A DNA stretch of 64,000 nucleotides from positions 255,519-319,518 of the IMG/VR virus record IMGVR_UViG_3300033997_000243. The stretch is one strand, 5' to 3'. The notes below the pieces were generated by a model, which searched no databases, had not been told where the DNA came from, and saw only the letters and a list, made by a program, of their open reading frames with translations. The translations under genes were made by a program, and so were the position numbers. Positions 40,495 through 48,862 of this stretch are shown in pieces. Numbering within the stretch: the stretch's first letter is position 1; the number at the start of each line of letters is the position of its first letter.

Positions 40495-41283
40495 TTAAGA
40501 ACGCACGTAATTCAAAGCTGACGCCAACGCATCTTCAATAGATGCAATAATCAAAACTTTATCAACTTTTTTCTGACGTTTTACCGCAGTCGGCCCAAAG
40601 TTGTCTATAAGAATTTGACTGATCGGATGAAAAGCGGTTGTAGAATTTTTAATATTCAGCTGGTCATTAGTTACGTAAATAGATGCAGGCATTCCTACAT
40701 TTTTATTTTTGGTAAAAAAGTCAACAATTTGAGCAGCCGATGAAAACTCTTCGATTTTGTTTTCATCTAAAAACACAAACTTTGCTTTCATCGCGGATAG
40801 TGCAGATACCTTAAACTTTTCCAGTTCGATACTAACAAGATTGGATATATCATCAAAGTTAATATCCAGATCCAGCTGGTCAAGACCTTCACAAAGTTCA
40901 TTGGCAATTTCTGGCAAGTCCAGATCGTCAAGCGCATCGTGCGCTAAAATATCAGCGGCCATGCCTTTTAATATCCAGTCTGCAAAAATTGTGGAATTCA
41001 TTTCCATCTTACGAAGATTAGCAACGACTACTTTTAAAGCAGAATATACTTCGTCAGTATTTCCATCAACATAAGAAATTTCGTTTTGCGCGGAAAGCAG
41101 TGTGATCCGGTAAACATAATTTTCAGGTTCACAATCAGATACGTCTTTGGTAATGTTCTCTATGTTCATTACCACATCGTAAACATCACCAAGAGTAAGG
41201 CGTTTCACCAGCGATAAAACTTGCAGAGGTGAGTTTGAACCGCCTTTCTGTGGTTTGTTAGATTCTAATTTGAATAAATTCAT
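40495..41283 (-). CDS. Hypothetical protein
   Basis: 262 aa, GGAG RBS. Confidence 0.75.
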   Translation of the reverse strand: MNLFKLESNKPQKGGSNSPLQVLSLVKRLTLGDVYDVVMNIENITKDVSDCEPENYVYRITLLSAQNEISYVDGNTDEVYSALKVVVANLRKMEMNSTIFADWILKGMAADILAHDALDDLDLPEIANELCEGLDQLDLDINFDDISNLVSIELEKFKVSALSAMKAKFVFLDENKIEEFSSAAQIVDFFTKNKNVGMPASIYVTNDQLNIKNSTTAFHPISQILIDNFGPTAVKRQKKVDKVLIIASIEDALASALNYVRS

Positions 41284-41294
41284 AGATTCTCCGT

Positions 41295-41984
41295 TTATTT
41301 ATCAGAAGCTAAACTGCTTATTAAATTTGACTTGATGAAAAGTTTTTTGCCTTCACACAAAACTTGTATGTCGAGGGCAAAAGGTTGTTTACGTCCATCA
41401 CGAGTTTTAGCAACATCTTTCAAATCTGTGTAAGAAAGAACGTCAACATTGACCAGATCGTTACTGAGGAAAACACCAACTTTTTTGTTGACCAATTGGT
41501 GAATGCTAAGGCCGATAGGTAAACCGTGATTGATTCGCATATCGATATTTTTTGCGAAACAAACTTTTGTATGAGCCTGTGTCACATGAAACTTCAGGTA
41601 CTGAGAAAAAGCGTGAGCTTCCATCGTTTGATCGAAAACATCATAACTTGCTTCAGGCGCAAGACCGATAGTAATATCCATCAAAGTAAATTCAGTAATT
41701 CGACCTGTTGCTGTATTTTGAACGACTGCTTTTATAAAATCGTTCTCATAACGATCCATGAAAAACTTACTTGCAACAGTCGGTAAAGTTGGTTCAGCTC
41801 GTTCTTGCCTGTGACATTGTTTTGCACACAGTCTGAGAATTTCACGAGCCTCGTTTGACTGAGCAAAAAGTTTGCCGAAAATGTACACGCGATTTCCCTG
41901 CAAAGAAACTTCAGGCATAGCCTTAGTTGATTGCATCAGCAAATGAAGCACTTGAAAAACTACTTCCGTGGTAAGTTTACGCAT
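41295..41984 (-). CDS. Hypothetical protein
   Basis: Start reassigned to MRKLT (GGGAG RBS). Confidence 0.7.
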   Translation of the reverse strand: MRKLTTEVVFQVLHLLMQSTKAMPEVSLQGNRVYIFGKLFAQSNEAREILRLCAKQCHRQERAEPTLPTVASKFFMDRYENDFIKAVVQNTATGRITEFTLMDITIGLAPEASYDVFDQTMEAHAFSQYLKFHVTQAHTKVCFAKNIDMRINHGLPIGLSIHQLVNKKVGVFLSNDLVNVDVLSYTDLKDVAKTRDGRKQPFALDIQVLCEGKKLFIKSNLISSLASDK

Positions 41985-42031
41985 AAACTTTTCTCCCAAA
42001 AAGTTGGTGGCCCGAAAGCCACCGAATGATT

Positions 42032-42439
42032 TTACTGAGCCAGAGCTACCAACTTTTCTTTGATCGAATCAAAGTCCAGTGTGTTTATTTGGCTCTGGAA
42101 TTCGTCTTTGATTCGGTTAGCACCTTTGGCACTTAGCGCATCTGAAACCGCAGCGTAGATGTCAGCTTCTGGATCATTAACATCAAAATGTTTATCGTCA
42201 GTCAGATAGTTCATAACCGTACTTTCCTGCAAGCCGTTGTTACGAATATCGTAGCAAACAACTTTTTTAACATTTTCTTCCGTGGTATGACAAATTTCAT
42301 CGTCAGAATCCGCCATGCAAGTGATCATGGTTTTTGTTGGATTCGATGAAAAACGAAAAGACAGTATAGTGAAAGTGCCTTTACGATCTTTCAGTGTAAC
42401 GCGCATTAAACTTTTCAAATTGATTCGTGCTTGTGACAT
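42032..42439 (-). CDS. Hypothetical protein
   Basis: 135 aa, first gene after P8. Confidence 0.75.
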   Translation of the reverse strand: MSQARINLKSLMRVTLKDRKGTFTILSFRFSSNPTKTMITCMADSDDEICHTTEENVKKVVCYDIRNNGLQESTVMNYLTDDKHFDVNDPEADIYAAVSDALSAKGANRIKDEFQSQINTLDFDSIKEKLVALAQ

Positions 42440-42499
42440 AACTAGATTCTCTTATGCTTGGCAAGATTTGACATGGTTCTTGCCCTAACCATTGAATAC

Positions 42500-42546
42500 A
42501 TTATACCAAAAAAGGGCAGCCGAAGCCACCCCTATTTTTGACACAC
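42500..42546 (-). promoter_or_regulatory. Class-I promoter/terminator cassette P8
   Basis: Box and TATAAT at the conserved spacing; spacer is GGGGTGGC-TTCG-GCTGCCCT-TTTTT. Confidence 0.85.
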
Positions 42547-42551
42547 TTGGT

Positions 42552-43172
42552 TTAGTTGCTATTCGCGCTTAAATCGCAGATTGAATCGGCCATTTCTTTT
42601 CCAACCATCGAAACGTACATGGCGTGTTTCATCTTGTCGAATTCGGCTAAAAAGTTTGCATCCAGTTTAGTCTTATCCGAATCTATTTCAACAGCCAACT
42701 CTGGCAATGATGTCCACAGCTGATAACTATTCAAGATCAAACTCTGGCCATTTTCATCAGCAGGTGCAATCGCATTTACTTCATTCCCTTGAATGTAAAT
42801 CAATCCGTGATAGCCAGCAAAGTTGGTGCGAACAATGTAACGTCCTTCGCTAGTTTTAAAATCGCGCGGGTAAATAGAAAAAATAACTCCATCTTCACCG
42901 ACAAAATAGCAGGTCTTTGGTAATAAACGATCTGCCGTACTTACAGTTGGTTTCTTTCCAGTAGAGATTTTTTCAGCTGTTAAATCGATTGGATCGTAAC
43001 CCAAAATCTCAATTCGTTTTTCACGGGAATCTTCTGAATCAGCATACTTGCCTTCAAAAGCTTGCCACAACTTTTCAGCATCGGCCAGAGAACGTAAGCC
43101 CATTGATAAAAATGAACTTTGTAATGCTAACCAACGAGAAACTTCAACCATTTTGTTTGTTACGTCTTTCAT
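42552..43172 (-). CDS. Hypothetical protein
   Basis: 206 aa, AAGGTGA RBS. Confidence 0.75.
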   Translation of the reverse strand: MKDVTNKMVEVSRWLALQSSFLSMGLRSLADAEKLWQAFEGKYADSEDSREKRIEILGYDPIDLTAEKISTGKKPTVSTADRLLPKTCYFVGEDGVIFSIYPRDFKTSEGRYIVRTNFAGYHGLIYIQGNEVNAIAPADENGQSLILNSYQLWTSLPELAVEIDSDKTKLDANFLAEFDKMKHAMYVSMVGKEMADSICDLSANSN

Positions 43173-43173
43173 G

Positions 43174-43569
43174 TTATTTCACCTTTTTCAGAAAACCAAT
43201 TGATAATACATAACGTGTACCGGACTCAATGTAAGAAACAGAGTGTCCAATTAAATCAGGTCGAAAATAAACTAACGGGCCGAAGTGTGTAACCTTGTTT
43301 TTATGACCAAACTTATTGAATTGATCATAACGGAATTCACCGCCAACTTTTGCTGGAAACAACACAATGTTGATTCTATGATGTTCGTAATCCTTACCAA
43401 CACGATCAAAGTGATATGGAATGCTGCTTCCGGCTTCGTAGCGCAGAATATGAAGATCCAGATTAAAGCGTTTGCTGATTAAGATCTCGAACTTTTTATA
43501 TCCGGTTCCTTGTCTACCGTCTTTCCACCGAAAGTAATTTCTCAGGGTATCAACAAACTTTTTAATCAT
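43174..43569 (-). CDS. 2OG-Fe(II) oxygenase superfamily protein
   Basis: LRY..GSSIPYHFD...GGEF...HSVS...GTRYVLS. Confidence 0.85.
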   Translation of the reverse strand: MIKKFVDTLRNYFRWKDGRQGTGYKKFEILISKRFNLDLHILRYEAGSSIPYHFDRVGKDYEHHRINIVLFPAKVGGEFRYDQFNKFGHKNKVTHFGPLVYFRPDLIGHSVSYIESGTRYVLSIGFLKKVK

Positions 43570-43937
43570 ACGTCACCAAACACAAGTTGTTTATTACGGC
43601 CACCATCAAGATCGTGAAATACCCAACCATCGTTATACTCAAGGATTAAGGCAATTTCACAATCTCGATAGATTTCTTCAATGTCATCTACCCAAGACCA
43701 AGGCATAAATTTTTCATCATGTCCATGATAGAATTGCCATCCGTTTTCGTCATCAAAATAAATGTACGAATATTTTTCAAAAATTGCATCATTGTAAAAT
43801 CTGATGCGTGTTGATATAGGTTGATTCATCGTTCTGGCTAAGAAAGATTGTATCTGTTCAACTGTAATCGGATATTCAACAGGATCAACTATCAACTCAC
43901 CTTCAACAACTGGCGCTACTTTAATTAAATCATTCAT
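43566..43937 (-). CDS. Hypothetical protein
   Basis: 123-aa ORF. Confidence 0.7.
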   Translation of the reverse strand: MNDLIKVAPVVEGELIVDPVEYPITVEQIQSFLARTMNQPISTRIRFYNDAIFEKYSYIYFDDENGWQFYHGHDEKFMPWSWVDDIEEIYRDCEIALILEYNDGWVFHDLDGGRNKQLVFGDV

Positions 43938-43947
43938 AAACTTTTCC

Positions 43948-44274
43948 TTATTTCTTAACTGTTACATTGTAAAGTTCATCTTCAGTTATTTCTACTGAAA
44001 AGCACAATTTTTCAAAAGAGCCTTTTGCGGTTCTGCGAGCATGGTTATCTAAAAGAACGAGTACGAAAGATTGTGGACAAAAAGCATCCAGATTTTCAAT
44101 ATAACTTTTATTTAACTCATGAATAGATATGACCTGATAGAATGATTCGGAATCCAGTAGAGGATCTTTTCCCAATAAAGCTTCATCTAATTTAATAAAG
44201 TCCAGCAGTTTAACTTCTGCCAAACCTACTCCGCAGCTTCTAACAAACTTTTTATTTGATACCGATACTTTCAT
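43948..44274 (-). CDS. Hypothetical protein
   Basis: Start reassigned to MKVSV (GAGGT RBS), first gene after P9. Confidence 0.7.
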   Translation of the reverse strand: MKVSVSNKKFVRSCGVGLAEVKLLDFIKLDEALLGKDPLLDSESFYQVISIHELNKSYIENLDAFCPQSFVLVLLDNHARRTAKGSFEKLCFSVEITEDELYNVTVKK

Positions 44275-44314
44275 TTTTAATACCTCGTAGATTCTTCGCT
44301 GTTTCAATGTGCCT

Positions 44315-44370
44315 ATTATAGCAAAAATCTAGGATCATGTATATAGCTATTTTTGACACACTTGGATCAG
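44315..44370 (-). promoter_or_regulatory. Class-I promoter cassette P9
   Basis: GTGTGTCAAAAA-N6-TATACA-N17-TATAAT. Confidence 0.85.
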
Positions 44371-44451
44371 TTCAGCAACTTTCAACGATTTTTGTTAAAT
44401 TTGAAGGTCATACTTGTTAGTAATTTAAGGGTACTACTAAAGGAGATTATT

Positions 44452-44655
44452 ATGAAAGAAGTTATTCAAGAAGTGATCGAAGGAACTAAAACTCTGGAGG
44501 ATCTTGAAAAGTCAATTGCAGAAAATTTTGAATTGCGTAATAGCAGTGATAACAAACAACGTGGAATATACAGACTTGCAACATTACTATTGGCAAGTCC
44601 AGAAAAAGCCAAGGACGGTCAATTTTTAGATCGCTTTAAACAACTGTCAGAATAA
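44452..44655 (+). CDS. Small hypothetical protein (67 aa), lone plus-strand gene
   Basis: AAGGAG RBS before MKEVIQE; followed by a terminator. Confidence 0.75.
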   Translation: MKEVIQEVIEGTKTLEDLEKSIAENFELRNSSDNKQRGIYRLATLLLASPEKAKDGQFLDRFKQLSE

Positions 44656-44659
44656 ATGC

Positions 44660-44691
44660 AAAAGGGAACCCCGAAAGAGGTTCCCTTTTTT
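44660..44691. terminator. Bidirectional intrinsic terminator
   Basis: AAAAGGGAACC...GGTTCCCTTTTTT between convergent genes. Confidence 0.85.
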
Positions 44692-44694
44692 GAT

Positions 44695-45138
44695 CTAACT
44701 TGGATGTTTTATTTTCAGTGCTTTTTTAATTGCGCGTGTTAAAGAAGGAGAAAGCCTCGGAGCTTCTTTAACTTTGGTTCCAGATAAAATCATTATCTTG
44801 CCTTTATCGGGATTTGATATGCGATCAATCAAAGCACTGAGTTCGGCAGGTTTTAATTTTTCATCGGAAAGATCGACAGATAGAATTTCGTATTCTTCAA
44901 TTTGCTGCAAAGTCATTTCATTGGTAGGTAGGAAAGTAATCTCAGTAACAAGATCTTTATCAATGAATACGCTTGAAAATACGCGAACGGTAGCTTGTCC
45001 TGCTTCGGCCACTATTCGATTTTTATCCGCAGAACTAAGTTCTGCAAAATCAGAAAGTTTTCGATAGGCTTCGGCCATTGTCCAACGCACACCAGAAAAT
45101 GTGAGTCTAGGGCTGTTTAAGTGGCATAATATTCTCAT
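44695..45138 (-). CDS. Hypothetical protein
   Basis: 147 aa, overlaps tmk stop. Confidence 0.7.
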   Translation of the reverse strand: MRILCHLNSPRLTFSGVRWTMAEAYRKLSDFAELSSADKNRIVAEAGQATVRVFSSVFIDKDLVTEITFLPTNEMTLQQIEEYEILSVDLSDEKLKPAELSALIDRISNPDKGKIMILSGTKVKEAPRLSPSLTRAIKKALKIKHPS

Positions 45139-45770
45139 ACATCACCAAAAGCTTTACGCGCACACATTAAAATCATTTCCGCAGTATCTTCAATACTAAC
45201 TCCATTTATGTCGAAAGTGACTAAACTTTTCGCAACAGTATGATCCATATTGCTAAGAGCAAACATGCGGTCATATTCGGCACCAATCTTTTCTCTGAAC
45301 TCAAAATACTCAAACTCAATTCGATCTTCAGGCTCTTTTACTTTGCCTGAGTTAGTTCCGTAAAAAATCATATCAGGAACCAAGGTATCTAAACTCAGTA
45401 TTTTACGCAGGTTATAAAAGTGCTCAAGTGGAAAACCTTTACCTCCACACTGAAAAGCTCTTGTTGAAAAATCCCAACGATCTGCAACAACATTAACGCC
45501 AGCGGCAAGTTGTGATCTTACGTAAGGAACCAATTGCGCTCTGGCAGCAAACATTAAAAGAGTTTCTGCTTCTACAGTAAACTTTTCATCAGAGTTATTA
45601 GCATTACCTTTTACCACAGTACGTATCTGTTCTGCAATCGGAGTTCCTCCAGGTTCGCGTACTTGAATAGTCGGGCCAAATATTTTAGTAAGATTTGCCG
45701 TCAATATTTTTGCTTGTTCACTTTTACCAACACCATCCAATCCTTCAAGTACAAAAAATTTACCTTGCAT
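45135..45770 (-). CDS. tmk: Thymidylate kinase
   Basis: FFVLEGLDGVGKS, REPGGT, LMFAARAQ, VVADR; start at MQGKF. Confidence 0.93.
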   Translation of the reverse strand: MQGKFFVLEGLDGVGKSEQAKILTANLTKIFGPTIQVREPGGTPIAEQIRTVVKGNANNSDEKFTVEAETLLMFAARAQLVPYVRSQLAAGVNVVADRWDFSTRAFQCGGKGFPLEHFYNLRKILSLDTLVPDMIFYGTNSGKVKEPEDRIEFEYFEFREKIGAEYDRMFALSNMDHTVAKSLVTFDINGVSIEDTAEMILMCARKAFGDV

Positions 45771-45792
45771 AGTTATTTCCCCAGTTAAGATC

Positions 45793-45818
45793 AAAAAAGG
45801 CCACAGCAAAGTGGCCTT
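45793..45818 (-). terminator. Intrinsic terminator closing the structured-RNA region
   Basis: AGGCCAC-TTTGCT-GTGGCCT-TTTTT on the minus strand. Confidence 0.8.
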
Positions 45819-45824
45819 GTGTTT

Positions 45825-46838
45825 AATAGATTTTTGTTCTGACGGCAAAACGCAACAGACTGTAATATGTACTGGTGCTCGAACAAAGCCAGTGCGAAAG
45901 TTGAATCTTACCGTCAGAACAAAAATCTATTTTATTCGGTGGGTTTGTTTTCCTTGTCCAAAATGCGAACAACAAACCCACCTGCTGGATTATTTAATAT
46001 CGGTATTGCGGCTACCGAGATTTGTTCTTACCCTCTCAACAAGATAAGGAGTCATGTAAATAACAAATCGCCAAGCATCATATCAACGAGTGCTTATAGT
46101 GAGCAGGTTTATGCTCCACTTGTACAACGCGAACAGTTAACCAACCTTTAAGGTCAAAGTAATCTGTTATACGTTGAATGTTGGTTGATATGCGAAAACT
46201 TTCTACGGATGACCGCCGTAAATTGTTTTCGCGGTTAATACAAATCGTTAGAAAAAAGATGAATAGAGTTACCATGAATATTCCTGTATAGCGGCATTTC
46301 AAATACACGACCCAAGAATTGAAGCAAGGAAAAAAGTCCAAAAACCTACAACAATTCAAAGTCTAAACATTGCTTAATGTTAGATTAAGGTTTGTACTCT
46401 CAGCGGGAGTTCGCGTCAGCACGTTCATGTTTTGAAATAACGAATGAGTGCGTGAGATACTCACAATACTAACCGACTTGGAGGGACGCAAGTATTGTCT
46501 CGTTGTTTTTCCTCTATAAGTTCATCAGCACAGCGGCAAGGAAGAATCCGCCTCACACAAAACTTTTTCAAGGACTGCTTAAACTAATGCCGCGAAAAAT
46601 TAGAATGCCTGTTCGACACAACTTGCTTGGAACCCCACGTACCTAAAAGGAGATCGAACAGACAAAGATGTTAAAGGAGATTCCACTAAAAATCTCGAAG
46701 TTAGGCTACTTCGTATAAAGTCTAGTCAAGGGATCTAGCTTGACATAATAAACTTTGCACTGCATACCAGCGCACAAGCAACGGCTGTTCTGACCTAAGA
46801 CAAAAAATGTCTCTGCTTGCAGATCTAAAGTGGAATCT
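45825..46838 (-). ncRNA. Candidate large structured ncRNA, or a cluster of ncRNAs (about 1 kb)
   Basis: No credible CDS; dense run of stems including a perfect 21-bp stem; minus-strand terminator at the end. Confidence 0.55.
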
Positions 46839-47169
46839 ACTTTAACATATTCAAAATATCTTCAAATTCTTCTGTAGTCAATTGGTTTCGTTCAACTAAA
46901 ATTTTCATGTAATTCAAATACAAACCTTTTGAGTAAGAAGTTTGGGCTATCAAGAATTCTACTTCAGGCCAACGACATTTCTTTTCGCGCAAAACAATTA
47001 AAGCGCATCTGTAAGGTATTCTATTTGGAGGCAAAGAAGTTAAAGCTTGCTTAAGCGTTGTAAATCTTCGCATCTGACTCCAATAAAAAGCGCAGAATTT
47101 TTCTTTGTTGTTAAGTTCAAGAAAATGTTTAGAATAAAATTCAGGGCAATTTAAAAACTCTGGTTCCAT
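46837..47169 (-). CDS. Hypothetical protein
   Basis: 110-aa ORF inside the RNA island. Confidence 0.55.
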   Translation of the reverse strand: MEPEFLNCPEFYSKHFLELNNKEKFCAFYWSQMRRFTTLKQALTSLPPNRIPYRCALIVLREKKCRWPEVEFLIAQTSYSKGLYLNYMKILVERNQLTTEEFEDILNMLK

Positions 47170-47402
47170 AAATGATTACCAAATAAAGATTCCTGTTCAG
47201 TGATACACTTAAACCACCAACTTTTCATAGTCTCCTACGCGGCTAAGTGCATGACTATCTTAAGTTACTTAGCTAACTGAAATAAGTTTAGTGTTGGAAT
47301 CAAAAACTTAGCGCAATCAAAATAACAAAAACTAAAACAAGAGAAAGCAGATAGGGTTTTAATTCTGAATAATCTGGAAGCATTTTTGTTACCTGTTGAA
47401 AG

Positions 47403-47477
<75 letters not shown>

Positions 47478-47519
47478 ATTAACCATGTTTACCTGTTGAA
47501 ACATGGAAAGTCACTGAAA

Positions 47520-47872
47520 AGCAATTTCAACAAACAGCCTCTAGTGGAAAGCATTACACTATAACCATCTATCTTATATGCTTTGATAAACGTGATCAGA
47601 TCGCCAATCAGATTCGGTGGCGCTAATACAAAACAAAGAATTTCTCATGACAGCTACTCACGTATCTCGCATGTCGATGCAAACGAATAAACTTGTTTTG
47701 TAAAACCAGTCTTGCGACCAGAAACAGCACTTAGAGGACGCTAGAGTGCCGAAATAAAAAAGACCGTAAGAAATTCTTACACAAACTATCGGAAAGGATG
47801 TAGCGCAGACACAATCCAGTTCCTGAGTTTAGTTGCCAAACAAATACATGCAAAGTTTGGCAGGTCAGGGAA
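47520..47872 (-). ncRNA. Candidate structured ncRNA (about 350 nt) upstream of the tRNA
   Basis: Multiple stems, a GCAA tetraloop and G-U pairs on the minus strand; no ORF. Confidence 0.55.
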
Positions 47873-47874
47873 AT

Positions 47875-48297
47875 CTATATACTGTCTTTTATAGACAGAA
47901 CTATACGGGCTTCGCCAGTTGTGACTATCTTAACTGCGGTTACAAGATGTTCAATGGATTCCATTTTAGTTTCACCAGCTGGAATTCCGGTAAGCAGATC
48001 AGATAACATCCAATCGGCTGTAATAAATTTTTCCTGTGTTTCCCCATCAGCCGGAAGATCAGGAATATTCGCAAGTTTTATATCAGAAGCTGTGTAGAAA
48101 ATATCTGTTGTTCCACTTATACTGTGAGCCTGCATGGTAAGAAATGAATAATTCTGTGGAACCAACAAAATAAAATCTTTTGTTGGATCAGATGGAACAT
48201 GGTGAGTAAAAATATTTTTGTTGACTTTTAAACTGGCACTTACGTCACCAAGTTGTTCTAAAAACTTTTTACTATTTACTAAAACTATAGGTTTCAT
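47875..48297 (-). CDS. Hypothetical protein
   Basis: 140 aa, AAGGT RBS. Confidence 0.7.
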   Translation of the reverse strand: MKPIVLVNSKKFLEQLGDVSASLKVNKNIFTHHVPSDPTKDFILLVPQNYSFLTMQAHSISGTTDIFYTASDIKLANIPDLPADGETQEKFITADWMLSDLLTGIPAGETKMESIEHLVTAVKIVTTGEARIVLSIKDSI

Positions 48298-48317
48298 TTG
48301 AGTGTACCTTAATGAAG

Positions 48318-48443
48318 TGCTGGTGCGGAAAGCTAGAAGTTCAGGTTTAATGTTCTACTTTCACCCCTAAACCAAAAGCCTTGTGAGTGTAATAACAAAC
48401 TGAGTGAGTTATGTTTAAATTACCTAACATTTCCGCACCAGCA
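48318..48443. ncRNA. Candidate 126-nt multibranch RNA element
   Basis: Perfect 14-bp closing stem TGCTGGTGCGGAAA/TTTCCGCACCAGCA enclosing four short hairpins. Confidence 0.5.
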
Positions 48444-48449
48444 AAACTT

Positions 48450-48791
48450 TTAAGATGACTTTTTAGCCGACAGTTTTGGTAAGCCGAAATTATCTAACAA
48501 ACTATCCAGCTTTGATATACGATTTACAGTTTCCTCTGAGCGCTCGTCGATGCAGATAAGAATGTTATCGCGGTGCTGGATCAACTCTTCAATGTAGCCG
48601 ACCAATTGATCCAGTTTTAAGTTTGCCGTACTTTCTTTCAAACGTGTTTTAACATTTGAAATAGTAGAATCGTAACTAAGATCAAAATGATCTTCAGCAA
48701 AAGTAATGAGATCAGAAACTTGTTGACGAGCCTTAACCAGCTTTGCATTTAAAGAAGCACGATCAATTTGAACAGATAATTGTTGCAACAT
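48450..48791 (-). CDS. Hypothetical helical protein
   Basis: 113-aa ORF. Confidence 0.7.
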   Translation of the reverse strand: MLQQLSVQIDRASLNAKLVKARQQVSDLITFAEDHFDLSYDSTISNVKTRLKESTANLKLDQLVGYIEELIQHRDNILICIDERSEETVNRISKLDSLLDNFGLPKLSAKKSS

Positions 48792-48862
48792 TTTAAGATT
48801 CCTATAATAAAGGTGGAACTCTCCTTGTTCCGGTTGGGACGTCCGATTTACCTACGACAACA

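Noticed and set aside
10231-44370. TTTTTGACACAC repeats as a CRISPR array, or as plus-strand TTGACA -35 boxes
   Set aside because: The copies are dispersed rather than regularly spaced. In the copies checked no plus-strand -10 lies 17 nt downstream, whereas the minus-strand TATAAT is at fixed distance.
45811-46359. ORFs 45811-46047, 45867-46151 and 46078-46359 as genes
   Set aside because: Mutually overlapping, no RBS and atypical composition; RNA structure explains the region better.
47236-47253. CACTTAGCCGCGTAG (...LAA stop) as a tmRNA tag reading frame
   Set aside because: No tRNA-like ends or resume-codon context were found nearby.
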